Source: Nemertoderma westbladi (Eukaryota; Animalia; Xenacoelomorpha). Taken from it: a stretch of DNA of 44,890 bases. Each line of letters starts with the position of its first letter. Positions within the stretch are counted from its first letter, which is position 1. The position numbers and the translations under genes are program-made. The notes under the pieces are model-generated. The model saw only the letters and a program-made list of their open reading frames with translations, made no database searches and was not told the origin of the DNA. Positions 13,916 through 26,981 of this stretch are shown here, one piece after another. The stretch lies in NCBI GenBank assembly GCA_032718475.1, contig JAUCBJ010006770.1, forward strand, positions 1 through 44,890, written 5' to 3'.

Positions 13916-14339
13916 AAACCTTTAGTACATTAAACGACCAGTAGGAAAAGGAAAAAAGTTTAAATGAATGTAATTTGCCTTTAAGGGGGCTTATAATGTA
14001 AATATATTATAACTAAAATTATTTCATATTCATTGTGCAAATAATGAAATACAGTAGCTTAATATATATATCATTGCCAACATTGTACATCTCAGTTGCA
14101 GTTAAATTGGATTATTATTGTACAGTACTGTAGATATGTAGGCCTACTGTAAACATCACAGAAACCCGGTAAGGCAATAAATGACAACTGACCAAACTCT
14201 AAAAAGGAGTATTACAACAAATCTTGATTGATAATCTTGATAATCATTGACAAATCTTGATAATTGAATTTCTTATTATTCAATGTGAGATATTAATCAG
14301 TCTGGTTTGAACGGTTCCATTCCTTTAGAATTAATCACG

Positions 14340-14470
14340 GCTTCGTTTATTGAGTTTAAACCATATGGCTCAAGCGTCTGCAAGTTTGTCTGGTAGTAAC
14401 CTTCTTTTCTTCTCAGTGCCTGTTTCAATGTTTCGCTATTTAGATTTGTAATTCTCTCTATGGGTGTTAG
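14340..14470 (-). mobile_element. Short Penelope-like GIY-YIG endonuclease C-terminal remnant
   Basis: Minus strand translates QALRRKEGYYQTNLQTLEPYGLNSINE, matching the RE-x-YW...L-x-TL-x-P-x-GLN terminus of Penelope ORFs. Confidence 0.6.
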
Positions 14471-14959
14471 GGTTGGGGGGAAAACACGAAGTCAGATCTT
14501 TAGGGTGATCAAAATAGGTGGAATTTGGTGCCAATATTTCGGCCACAACATGTAATAATAATAATAAATAATTATTTATATTATACAAAATAACAGGCCT
14601 TCAACAGGGCTAATCAGGATGTGTCGAACTACGTAAGAAACTGACTACTGGACTAAAAACACTACTTCCCTAGATTCACTACTCAGACTATATCACTACT
14701 GGGTTGGTACTACCGGTAGGTTAGGTGTGGCAACAAAATATAATATTATTATGGGGCTACGCGTATCCGCGTATCCCTGTAATCGCCGGCAAAGCAATTA
14801 ATTAACAGAATTTCAAACAAAAAATTTACAAAAAATTTATTTAAAGCCGCAAAATAATTTAGTATACGATTGTTACTATTCGCACCAAGAATTAATATTA
14901 AAAGATATTCGTGAAAAATACGGAATTTATATTACGATATGTCTGCGTACAGTATAATC

Positions 14960-16057
14960 TTACCATCCCCGGTTGTAATCTATGTTGTATTGCGTGTTGA
15001 GTGTTGGGTGCTCGTGTGTTATGAAATACTTCTCGCTGAGTTTTCTGTCGGTCCAATCCTTGCATATGCGTTTAATTTTGATTGTGAATGGGTGCGGTGT
15101 ACTGTTATGGCCTTCATGTTTATCTAGAAAGTGTTCCCCGATTGGTTCTTTCCGGTTGGCATTATGTATAGAATTTCTATGTTTCATTATGCGTATGCGC
15201 AAGGGGCCCGCCGTTTCTCCTATGTAGTTCTCGACTTTATGGGTGCACAGAGTACATTGTAATTCATAGACCACGTTGCTGGTAGTGCAGGCTCTAACTC
15301 CGTGGTTACAAGTGTAGCAGGGGGTGTTTCTAAGGGATGGCAAGGGGATCCCGTAAGGCTACCTCGTATCAGGAAACGTTTAAGGTTGGGGCCTGGTAGG
15401 TGGACAACCCTGATATTGGATCTGAGCGGTGACAACTCAACAATAGTTTGTTCCCCTTTTCGTACATGTTCGTTAAAAAATGGTATAACTAATGGTATAC
15501 GCGTAGCGTTAACATTTTTGCGTGGGCGGGTTTTGGGTATTGGACCTAATATTGTATTCTGGGTGCTGATACGTGGGTGTGGGGCGGGGTGGTTAGTATG
15601 TCTGGGCATGTTGTGGGGGCTAGTCCTGGTGCTACAGTATGTGTATTATTGGTGTTGGCGTGGGAGTGTCCGTTAGTGCGTGGGCGTAATGGTGGGTTAG
15701 TGCTCGATATTGTGTTTCTACGGCTAGTGCTATTATTCCGTGGGTGTGTTATGGGGGGGAAAGTGCGTTAGATATAAGTTTGGTATCTAAGTGGGCGGGG
15801 TAGTCATTGTTACACAGGATGTTTCTAACTTTATCAAGACTGCGTGAGCGGCCGTTCGGGGTGTTACTATTGCGAATAGCGCGTTGAATGGTTGACCTAG
15901 CGACATTGACAATCATGTTTCGGGGGTGGTTACTGTGGTAGTTCAAAATGATACCAGCACTACTAGGTTTAATAAAAAGTTCAAAATCTATCCGTCCTTC
16001 GTTGTTAATGGTGGTTGTCACGTCAAGGAATGCTAAACTAGAGAAAGATTTCTCCAT
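14960..16057 (-). mobile_element. Penelope-like retroelement fragment (RT thumb, linker, GIY-YIG endonuclease), frameshifted
   Basis: FLDVT...FIKP...LNYHSNHP...NDYP (15749-16057); IPLVIPF linker; CTTSNVVYELQC...YIGET...LRIRIMKH...IGEHF...EKYFI...PTLN (14960-15343). Confidence 0.9.
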
Positions 16058-16059
16058 GG

Positions 16060-16540
16060 TTTCTGACTTCTGATTTCTGACTATCCGACAATCTGTCCGT
16101 CAAATATAAGAAAAGGGCATACAATCTAGTTAAAAGTTCAGCTAGAGGGGTTTTCCTGGTCGCAGAATTCATTTCGAGTGTCAGATTTAACATCGGAAGA
16201 CTTCCAAATTGTCTGTTTGGCAGTCAAGCTGTCTGTCGGTAATTTTTTGATGGACATACTGACAGGCATATAGACAGAAACGACGAGGCCAAATTTGAAT
16301 ATTGACATCAGAAATAAAGTCACCAACCACGAAAACCCTTATAGGGAATTTTGTAGACAGATAGTTTGCTTTTTATTGATGGACAGACATTCTGACGGAC
16401 AAATCGACAGTCAATCGGACAGACAGCCATATCTCGAAAAGTAAGACAGATCTTGCTAAACGGTTTTAAAATTTGGAATCTTCATCTCTAAATGAAATAT
16501 AATAAAAAAAAATTTTTAATTTTTTTTTTATATTAATACT
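16060..16540. repeat. Non-coding interspersed repeat fragment (GTCTGTC/GACAGAC-rich, partly inverted), related to the repeat at 29381-29660 and 35822-36400
   Basis: GCTAGAGGGGTTTTCCTGGTC..GAATTCATTT (~16141) resembles GCTATGGGGTTTTCCTGGTCTGAGATTTCATTT (~36046); an inverted counterpart lies near 16300-16345. Confidence 0.5.
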
Positions 16541-16594
16541 TATTTATTATCAATAAAGAGTAAAATTTAGAACATTCTAAAGCTCTAAAGCAAA

Positions 16595-19500
16595 ATGAGT
16601 TCATTAGGAAGCTCAACCAGATTTACCGGTACAGGAAATGTGAAGCACACTAATTTAATACCCAAAAAGAATGGATCAAAAGGTAATAAAGTGTCTACAA
16701 AACCCGCCAAACTAAGTGGCAGATCTTTTGATTTACATTATGATTATCCATCCTCGTTCAAGCATGGAGTGACTTTTAGTCGGTCCAGGAAAGGGAAACA
16801 TGCATATAACAGCGAGGATAAGTGTTTAGACCATAATGATAGAAGAGAGCGAAGCTATCTTTCTTTTGAAGAACATGATGATTGGTATTGCGACGAGACT
16901 GATGAGCTTGGTAAAGTGGTGCCAGTGGAACAGAGGGGTGCGAAAGAACAATACCCTATTACAATCCCGCGCGATGTTTTTTTACTGTCATATAATAATG
17001 ATTTTAAAGGAGCTGATGATGTAAATTTAGATGCTGTTTTGGCTTAACATGGATGGACGTGTTTTACTAAGTTGTTTAAGGATGAAATGATAGAAACTGT
17101 TATCAAAACTGAAATGTGGTATCAGATTCTAAACACTTTAATAAACATGGAAAAAAGGTTTCGAAATCAGTGTTCTAATTTGCCACTTGATTTACTAGAA
17201 GAATTCAAGGACAAATTTAAGGAAGCATCTGGAACAAGACTAAACAAGATGTTTGTGTATCAAGAGCTATGGACTAAATTCTATGAGATTGAACATGACA
17301 GATGTCTTGATAAGGGAGAAACTGATAAAGCTGCAGAAAAGTTGAGTTTGTCAAAATCACAAGTGCTGAATAAGATAACCGGATCCATCCATTATTTCAT
17401 GGCACATAAAACAGTGTTGCTTAAGTGGTTCATAGATGAATTTAAAGGTCCAGGAGATTTCATTAGAGAAGATAAGAGAGAAGACTTCATAATATTGTGT
17501 GATGGTTTGAATAGACAAAGTGTTGACGAATGTGACTGTTGGATAGTACAGCCTTACATAGATACTATTTATGAAAATGCAACACTAGTCAATGATTTCA
17601 TAAAAAGTGAAGATAATTTATTGAAGGTGGATAAACCCTACTTGATTGATGAGTTATTAAAAACTTTCAAGACACTTGACATTTCAAAAAACGAGGATGG
17701 TAAATTAACAAAAAGACTTAAAGAACTTCAATTGAGGTCATTCCCTGAATTTTACACTAACTTAAAATCTATATGTTCTGATTACAAGGTTGAAACTAAC
17801 AGCCTTTTTTGTCAACAGTGCAGGCCATGCTACAAGTAGCAAAAGAGTTCAAGTTATATTCATGATGATTAACATTAAGAAAAAATACACAGACTTGTCT
17901 GTACATGAAGTTCTGAATGACTTGACCAATCAACATGTAAAATCACCTGAATTAACACAAACATTAACTGATTCAGATGCAGGGATAGTTGCTTTTCAAT
18001 CAGTGTGTTATGATTCGATGCAATATACAGAAATAAAGGAGGAGTTACTTTCATCAACGACAACCACTCAGGTATGGAGTTCATTATTAAAACTAAAAGG
18101 GTGGCTTGCTGAAGAATATTTCTGCAGTGAGGTGTTGTCCATTGATCATCTAGATGAAATTGATAAACCTAACTTTTGGGACATCTTATCCAGAGAGCAT
18201 TATTTAGAATTAGATGGATCACAAATTACTAGCATGAAGATCAGACAGAAAGATTTCAGTAAGGTTCCCGATGCAATTCAGATTATAGAGAATTGTGGTT
18301 TTGATGAAACAGGCGAGATGGTTGATTTCAAGTCAGTCTTGATACATGAAATGAACTGGCAAACACAAAGATGAAAAGGAGTTGTTTTATACAGAAAAGT
18401 GGTCATTTCTAGAAAATATAAAGGTGCCTGACTGATATCAAGTTTGAATTACAAATCCATTCTATTGGAGACACTTTACATTCATTGAAATCAAGTAAGA
18501 CAACTGACCTGATGAATGTGTTGTCCAGAACATTCACAAAATTCCGAGACTGGGCTCATGTTAGTGATGCAAGTGAACTGAGTTCGTCTATAGGGCTTCT
18601 TAAATTCAGACACAGAATCAAAAAGAAACATTGTCATGTTCACATAAATCCAGATCTACTAAAAGAAGTTAAGGAAAAGGCTGAGGAAACTTTGAATGGA
18701 CGATTTTCCACCATGATTGACTGGAAAAATCTAGCACCAATAACTGATGATGAAATGGTCAACACATTGTTAGATAATGAGCACCTCATGCAACCCGTAT
18801 CAGTTGATGTTACAACTGATTTCTTATACAAAACTGTAGATAAAGTGCTTGATGCGCTAATAAGTGATGAATTTATCACAAGATTGAATCAGTCTAGTAA
18901 CCTAAGTGTGGTTAACCATTTTCCACCTCAAATAGATTCAACTCACACCCAACTTTATCATGACAGATTATCCATTTTGCCAATCAAGAAAGTACCTCCC
19001 AATTTATATAAAGAGGGATTGGTTAAGGAATATCTAAGAAACCATTATAATTGTGAAATTTATATACAAGTGGAGTTGTTGAAGTGTAAAACGTGGGTGA
19101 CATCTAATCATAGATATGGTATTGTTGATGAGCCATTAATGAAACATATCACTGCTTGCAAACTCAAAACTTTGCAACATTATAATGAGCTTGTAAGAAA
19201 GGAGCAATTTGATCCAAAAACACTTGAAAATTATGGTGAAAGAAATGAGTTTGACCAAATTATAATAGATTGTGATAAGCAATTGCATACACACAACATA
19301 AGTAATGTTGAAAAGTCTGAGGACGGGAGGCAAGCATACTTTCAGTCTGAATATGATAGGAAAAGGACTGATAAAGGACATCAAATCACTAAGGAAGATG
19401 TACTCATGTACATAAGAGGAGAGACTGCAGATGTGTACGGATGTGATAGTTTCATTGATTGGTTCAAAACACCATTAACTTCATCACAGCAACAATTTCT

Positions 19501-22500
19501 CTCAGATAACAAAGATGAATACCTTGAAGGGTTGTTGGATGCATCTAAGTGCTATGAAGGGATTCAGAATTTAATATACAAAGACTCATATGACTTGTTA
19601 CACAGATTTCTACATACCAAGGCTGGTTACTATTGTATACTTATGAATAAGATTGCAACAGGATTTATGGCAAGTAAAGGCGAAGAGCAACGTATACCAA
19701 AAGAGAAAGGCGGAATATTTTCAATTAAACGAGTGTGTTTAATACTTAGCACTAAGTGTCCCGTTGAGAGACCTAGCATTGGCTGTATCACAAGTACAAA
19801 GTCAGATGTTTATAGAGGCTTATGTGATGCACCAACCTTTTACATGAGCATGAGATCAGTTCTGAAACTTGAATGCTTAGTTTATGAAGTACCTTTAATT
19901 TGTCTTACTATTAAAAATGCAACACCTGATGAGTATATATCTATTGATGATATGATCAACAATTGCGGAAACATTATAAATTTTTCAGTGAAAAATGCAA
20001 GGAATATTAATGAGCTATTCGGTAACAGTAGATATTTTATGATGTCAGTATGTAGCACACTTGCACACCAAAATGTTTCTAGTAAGTTAGATACTAAGCT
20101 ACATTCCTTAAGTGATTTGCCATTACTCAAAGAGATCATAAGGTTCTACCGAAATTTGTGCAAAAATCATCTGAGTATTAAACAATCAGTAGCCACTGGA
20201 ACAACATTCAAACAAGACTTGCTGTTGTTTCCCTCTATAAAGGTTCATCATAACTTCCAAACTTTGATAAACATCATTTACTACATTCATTCTTTTGTTA
20301 AATGGTTCAATGAATCAGCCCCAGAAGTGAACAAAGCTTTTATAAAGTTTGTAGAGCCAAAAGTGAAGATGTCAAAAGCAAGCAAAGACAGAATAAAGTT
20401 CTCTGAAGGCAATATCGATGACCCAGAAGAATTCTTGAAGTACTTTTATGAAAACCCTGATAAGTTGACAAAGTTTGTACCTTCAGTTGTGAAAGCTGCT
20501 GCACTTAGGTATTCTGTGGATTATCCAGTTGTTAATGAATAGAGAAAATTTCCTGTGTATAGTCAGTCAATTACAGACATGTGTAGGTCCACTAGCACTC
20601 TCAAAGGTTTTAAATCAAAAGTTGACTATAAAGATCTGTTTCAAGCTTGTAAAGCAGACCTTGAACTTGAAAGTTTGTCAAGATTTAGAAAGAATTTTGA
20701 CAATGCTTCCCTCTCTAAAGAAATAAAGAAAATTCTTAATAACAATAACAGAGAGTGGAAGACTCCATGGGCACAACTTGCATTAGAGTGGACTAAAAGC
20801 TCAATCAAACAACCGGTTGATAAACAACATGTCTTTGATAGTGATATAGCTGAAACTTTAGCTTTGAGGTGGTTTAGAAATGAATCAAAAGTGAGATGTT
20901 TGACTGAGGATGGAAAGGAGATAATGCATGATGTGGAATCTGAGCTGGCAAAACAACTAGTAGGATTAATTGGTTATGGGAGGTATGCATCTATTAAAAA
21001 GGCAGAATTTAAAAATAAACTAAGTCAAGCTCAAACTGATGAACCACTGGGTTATAAGGACATTAAAGATGATGAAGTTTTAATGGATGTTGAAACATTA
21101 ATGTCTAAAGCACCATTCTTTAAAAGAGCTGTCATGTTATCATCATTAACTATTGATCAAGCCTCAGCTGCTAAGGCTTTCAAGAAAGCTCAAGAAGATA
21201 CTAAGGTTGCTTCTATAGATGTTGTATTTATAGTAGCATTTATGACTATCATGATGTATGATGAACAATTAGATTTGTTGACAATGCTCAGGATACTTCT
21301 AAATATAAAGAATAGAGGGGCATATAGCAGCAAGTTATTGAACTCTAAAGGTGTGTTACTGCAACCTTTCAAGAATGGTCGTGAAGTAACAACTCAAGCA
21401 GTTCTGAGTTTACTTAATAAGATTGCAACAGAAGATGTTAGCATTTACGAACTAGTCAATGACATATCAGGTTGTGTTGATGCACAACCTATATACTTTG
21501 GAATTGCAGCAAAACAACAGGTAATTAGCGTACATGAACTTACTTTATCAGACACTGCAGAGAAGCTTAAATTGAGATTATTGGAGATGCCGGCATTAGC
21601 AGTGTCTAAATCAATGCCTACTAGTTGTTTAGATGTAAAAAGCAATGAAGTAAACTTTAGAAAGAGGGTCTGTGAAGCAATGATGGAAAATGTTTCATCC
21701 ATATATCAAACTGACAGATCCGATCCCACTAACAATACAATTAAGATCAAAGGAGAAAAGAAAGTGTGGACAACTTACTGGACTTACGATCATGGTAAAT
21801 GGGGTCCAAACCACCACCCACAAGCATTCAGGGTTATCATGGTTGCATTTGATATGCAAGAGTATAGCGATGTCATGGAGTTGGAGCTTGCATGTCACAC
21901 ATACAAGAGAATGGAAATCCCTATAAGTTATGTAAAAATGGTTTTAAGGAAAATCATAAAAAAGATGGAATTGGATGACAATGAGACTTTTGTACATGAG
22001 ATACTTAAAAAGGGTAACTCATATGTTGAGACTACATTTGACATGCGTCAAGGCATGTTGCACAGGTGTAGTGACGTTTACGGTACATGTGTTAACAATT
22101 ACAGTCATCATATATCAATATTGTATATAAAGAAAGTGTACCACAATGTGAAACAAATTAGAAATGATGAGATGGGCACGTCAGATGATTATGCCAATAT
22201 AATGGAAATAGAGTTTACTGTGCCAACACAATGGCAGGAAGTCAAAGAGATGATTATGCTTTATCAAAAGGTATTCTCAACAGTCCAAAACATGTGTAAT
22301 ATGATAATTTCAGAAAAAAGCAATAGCTCACCATCTATCTGTGAGTTTAAATCAGAATTCATGAATATGGGGAAACAGGTGTTAGCAGTTTTGAAGTTTG
22401 TAACGGGTCCTTTGCAAATCAGTAGAGATATTACACCTGAAAACTATTACAATAGTTGTACATCAACAATGCAGCAGCTATTGTCATGCAACGGTGATGG

Positions 22501-25222
22501 TATTCAAGCATCCCTAATATATGCATGTTTCTTGCATAGATTTCAATGTGTATTTGGATTAACCAGATTTTTTGGTTCAAAGCGTAGAATGTGGGATGAT
22601 CATAAACAATTATTATTACCTCCATCACTTGGTGGATTTCCTCCTCCTTCTCTAATTGACACTATAATGGGCTGTCATGATTTACTTCTACTAACTAATT
22701 TAAAGACATTGTGGAACCTTAAATGCGAGCACAACAAGTGCCACCATAACCTGATACTTAATCACCTGAAAAGATGTGAGACTGATTCTTCAGGCTGGCA
22801 CCTACCTTTCTACATGCCTCGCACATGTGATCATAGGAGAGAGATCAAAGATATAAAAGATCAAACCAAGATTGAAGAAATGCACTGGTTAAAAAAAGAA
22901 GTTTTAATCAATTTTGCTTCTGACTTAATGGAAGGTGCAAAGTTGCTGGCTACACAATCATTAATAAGCTATGCACGCGACAGTTTTAGTAATGTTAACA
23001 GGGTAAAGATATTTAGGAAATCATCACACATAGCAAATGGTTTCTTTGTGAGACTCAAAGATGGAACAAAAGCATTCTGGAAAGAACATGTAACTAACTG
23101 GCAGGGTGAATGTGCTTTAGAAACACTTAGTGAAGAAGATCTGAGAAAGTTGCCGTGGATGAGCATGAAAAAGGTTTATGCCGACTTAGAAACAAAATAC
23201 AATGAATTAACAGCATATGCTAATGCTCATGTTGATGATACTGAACCTCACTTATTTCATCCGGTTGAACACAAAGCGCACATCTATTATAGAATATTGC
23301 CATCAACCAATAATCCATTGTTGGCTATATTATGCGTTATCAAAGATATGTCAGATGTGATAAGCATCATCCCATCAGAAAAGATGTGTTATAAAACTTT
23401 GTCAGATGAAGTGAGTCAAGTGAAACAGTTTTTCCATGACATACTTGACAATGATGATGCACTCAAAATGGCATTGAGAACTCAGATGTTAAGAACAGTC
23501 CCTGGGTATTATTTGTCATCCCTAGGACCTACTCTCAATGATACTATGCTAAACATAATGAGATACAATTCCATGTCTGGTCGTAAGTTCATTATAAACG
23601 CTGAGGCGAGGTCTAATCCTTGTTTAACTGTGGATCCTCAAAAGGTCATTGAATCATTAATAAGTTTAGTGTCAGTTGCTGATATAAAAGAGTGTGTAAA
23701 AATCAGACTGTTGAATAAGTGGTGTGTTGACCCTACATTTACCAACACAACTAAACCAGCAAAGGATATATTAGTTGAAAGAGCCAGTATGGATGAAAGA
23801 TCAGGGATTGCAAGAACTGCAATGTTGGCATATTTAGGTTGCCAAAATGAACTTGCCCGATTGAAGTCAGATCTAGTTAGAACCACCAATTTCATAGCAG
23901 GTAGGGAAGGCAACAAATGTTTTTACTCTTATAAGAGAGACAATGAAACCATGGATATTGTCGTAGAACACATCAATTCTGAAGCAAAAGAAGCAACTGA
24001 ACCACAGTTTGATGTAAAAATAATATCAAAAATAAAAAATGAGCACACACTAAATAATCTGAAATCTATAATGCTGAGGAATTTTTATGACGAAAATAAA
24101 ATTATAAATCTAGATGAAATAGAGGTTGAAGAAGGGATTACAAGATTTAGCGAACTAAATTTACATGGTGACTTGTCATTACCGGTGGTAAATCTAATGA
24201 GTGGATATTTAGAGTGGACTTCAGTTTTCAAGAAAGGCACAAACCTTGATGCACTTAAGGAAGCAAGAGTGAGAGAAAGTCACTTAAAGACTTTGATCAA
24301 AGGAATGAAAATTGCTAAAACCAAATTAGAACCATACACCGCCTTTGGTAATAAATTATTAAGTTTAAATAAGACACCATTAAGTAACAAGGTCAGGATT
24401 AATATATCAAATGACATCAGTGTACTATGGTCTTTATCACAGATGCCTTGCGTTAAATCCCTGATTTTTAATAATAATGTGCCATGGACACATGTGAAGT
24501 ACAAAGAAAATGAATTCACACTAGAAGAAAAACAAAGGATGGCAGATGTCTTTAGGGGTAACAATATACCAATAAATTAACTAGAGGAGAGTAGAACTCC
24601 AAAACTCAGAGGGGACATTTATACATTTGAAGAAAAATTAAACCTTAGATTGTTCTCACTTATTGAGTTATTTGCAATAGTTAAAACACTCTCCAGATAC
24701 GATTGTCTTGAAGGAGCACTTCTTGTTAGTTCAAAGCTTAATAGCTCTAAGATGTGTAAGATATTGAACATACAGAGGAGTGTCTGTGGAATTATTACCA
24801 ATGGACACATAAACATAAAACAGGACAAAGGTTGTTCGTACAAGACAAGCGTAAACATAGTTGATAAAAAATCATTATATAATTTTAATAAGGCAAGGTG
24901 GGTAAAAGACTCAGACAACAAAGAAGGGGTGTGTTATGTTGATCACACTGACATTCCTTACATGTTTTCAAATACATTTATAAAGAAGATATTATCAAGG
25001 GAAATAGTGAATCCTTTACATGATCAGACTTTAAAAGGTCATTACTTTGATGACATAGAAGAAAGTGACATTGATACAGACAGTGAATCTTCTGACACTA
25101 TCTCACTAGCAGACAACTTGTCAGAAAGTTTTGAAAGTGGCTCCCATAGTACAGATGATGACTCAGCAATCAGCCCGAGAAGGAACACGGAACCGCAACT
25201 GGCATATGATTTAGGCATCTAA
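16595..25222 (+). pseudogene. L: Endogenous viral element: near full-length L protein (cap-snatching endonuclease + RdRp) of an arenavirus/nairovirus-related bunyavirus
   Basis: ORFs at 16595, 17072, 18485, 20555 and 24650 share one frame, with in-frame stops at 17045, 20540 and 24578; ~17790-18430 is bridged by frameshifts; total ~2870 codons. RdRp motifs: KQQVISVHEL..D (F), DHGKWGP (A, 21788), DMRQGMLH..SDVYG (B, 22040), TSDD (C, SDD at 22181), ISEKS (D), EFKSEF (E, 22343). These parallel arenavirus DHSKWGP / DMGQGILH..SDFYG / SSDD / EFKSRF. No introns. Confidence 0.95.
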
Positions 25223-25466
25223 GACAAATGCACTCTTTCAAATAAACGCACATTTGAAATAGATCAATTTTTTGTGTCTTATTACAAACATTTGGGGGGG
25301 AACATCCTTGGCAATTACATAGATCGTTCTACCTTTTAAAAATAATATATTTTGGTGTTAAATCATCTAATTACTGTTCTGTACTGCACTGAATACTGCT
25401 ACCCAATATTTCAATAATGGTTGATTCGTGGGGGAGACATGCATAAAGACTAAGTACCGGTATACA

Positions 25467-26840
25467 ATGACAAAAAAAAACAGAAACTCAAAACCCCAGA
25501 AAGAAAATCCCAAACTCCCCACAGACTCATTCAACAATGGCGATCCGATGGTGAACCAATCTACTACTCCCAATGGTATTATTTCCCCGGTCCAGCTCCA
25601 AACCCAGTACCGGACCCCAACAAGACAGTCGACATCACAACTTGATGATGTCAAAGATAATATAACCTCGCTCAAGGATTTCATCCACCAGGAACTCTCA
25701 TCAATTAAAGAACCCCTAGAAGCACACTCATTGACTCTAAATTCGATTACAAATAAACTCACAGACATCGAACAAAGTCAGGATTTCCTTGCTGAAAAGT
25801 ATGACGAATTCCGAACAGTCATCTCCACTCTGTCAGCAGAGAACAACACACTAAAAGTTAAAGTCAATCAACTCGAATCGGAAGTATCCACGCTTTCAGG
25901 CTCAGTCAACAAACTGGAGCAGCATTCGCGTAATAACAACATTATAATTAATGGGATTCCGGAAGAAATTGACCGGGATAACCTTGAGCGCCTTGTGATT
26001 GATATAGGAGAAAAGGTAGGGGTTGACATCGCTGCGTCGGAAATCGAGGACTGTCACTGCATCGGCTCCGCCGTCGTTGAACCCAAAAATCACGATAATC
26101 CGAGAGCTACACGACCACGTTCTGTGATTTACAGGTTTGTTAACCGTAGAACTCGAAATAATCTGATAATAAACCGACGTCATTTGTTTACTAATCCAAT
26201 AGATCTACCAACCGGACTACAAGGGTCAAAGATATACATAAACGAGGATTTAAGCGACACGAACAAGAAGATTCTTAATGCTGCTCTATTATTCAAGAAA
26301 AAGCACGAGTTCAGTTTCTGTTGGACTCGTCAGGGGACAACTTTCCTCCATAAATCGAAAGACAAAGATGCAATTGTGATACGATCTATGGAAGATATAC
26401 ATCGCCTAGAATCCTCTATGAATCATACAAAGCCAGATTCTACTTCTGAAAATGTTACAACTGCAAAGAAGCATGTTGCAACGTCCGTCGCTACTCCGTC
26501 CAGGAGGGGACCATCACCTCAATGGCGCCCTGGTGTTGCCATTAGTGGAAATCGGTTCCACTCCAACCCGCAATTCGCTTCCGACGACATCCACTCGCCT
26601 TTCATCCCTAGAGGAGTAATACCCACTACCAATCGTTTTAATGTCGATGGTTTCGCTACACCACCTCAACATTTCTCTATGTCGTCTCCGTTGATGGGGC
26701 AAAATAATCCTTACATGCCTGTACCCAGCCCAGTTACTATGCAACCCGACCAGGCAATTGGCATTAATAGCAATATAATATTTTACTTTACTTCATATTT
26801 CGATCCTATAGATGTAAATTTATCAAGTTTTATTTCGTAG
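25467..26840 (+). mobile_element. LINE ORF1p-like protein (coiled coil + RRM + CTD; L2/CR1/L1-type), no ORF2 following
   Basis: Heptad coiled coil, then LEQHSRNNNIIINGIPE, IEDCHCIG, RPRSVIYRF, IYINEDLS and FCWTRQG. First ATG at 25467; Pro/Ser-rich tail. Confidence 0.85.
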
Positions 26841-26981
26841 GTTTACAGTGGTCAGACAATAACTAATAAATCGACCTAATATGATAATCATCAATATGTC
26901 TTGCATACTCAATTGCTATTATTATAATATCTTCTACTTAATTGTAAATTTTAAATTACCTAGTAGATGTATCATAATACC

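Noticed and set aside
18640-24921. Antisense and alternative-frame short ORFs over L (ambisense genes)
   Set aside because: Short shadow ORFs of a long coding frame; no Z-protein RING or other motif.
16595-25222. Contaminating live virus, functional multi-ORF operon, or alternative genetic code
   Set aside because: Both TAA and TAG interrupt the frame and frameshifts are also required, and the gene is embedded among host TEs. This fits pseudogenisation.
16545-25290. Complementary viral segment termini (panhandle) around L
   Set aside because: Only a 7-bp match (AAAGAGT at 16555 / ACTCTTT at 25232) in AT-rich DNA; no recognisable arenavirus or nairovirus terminal consensus.
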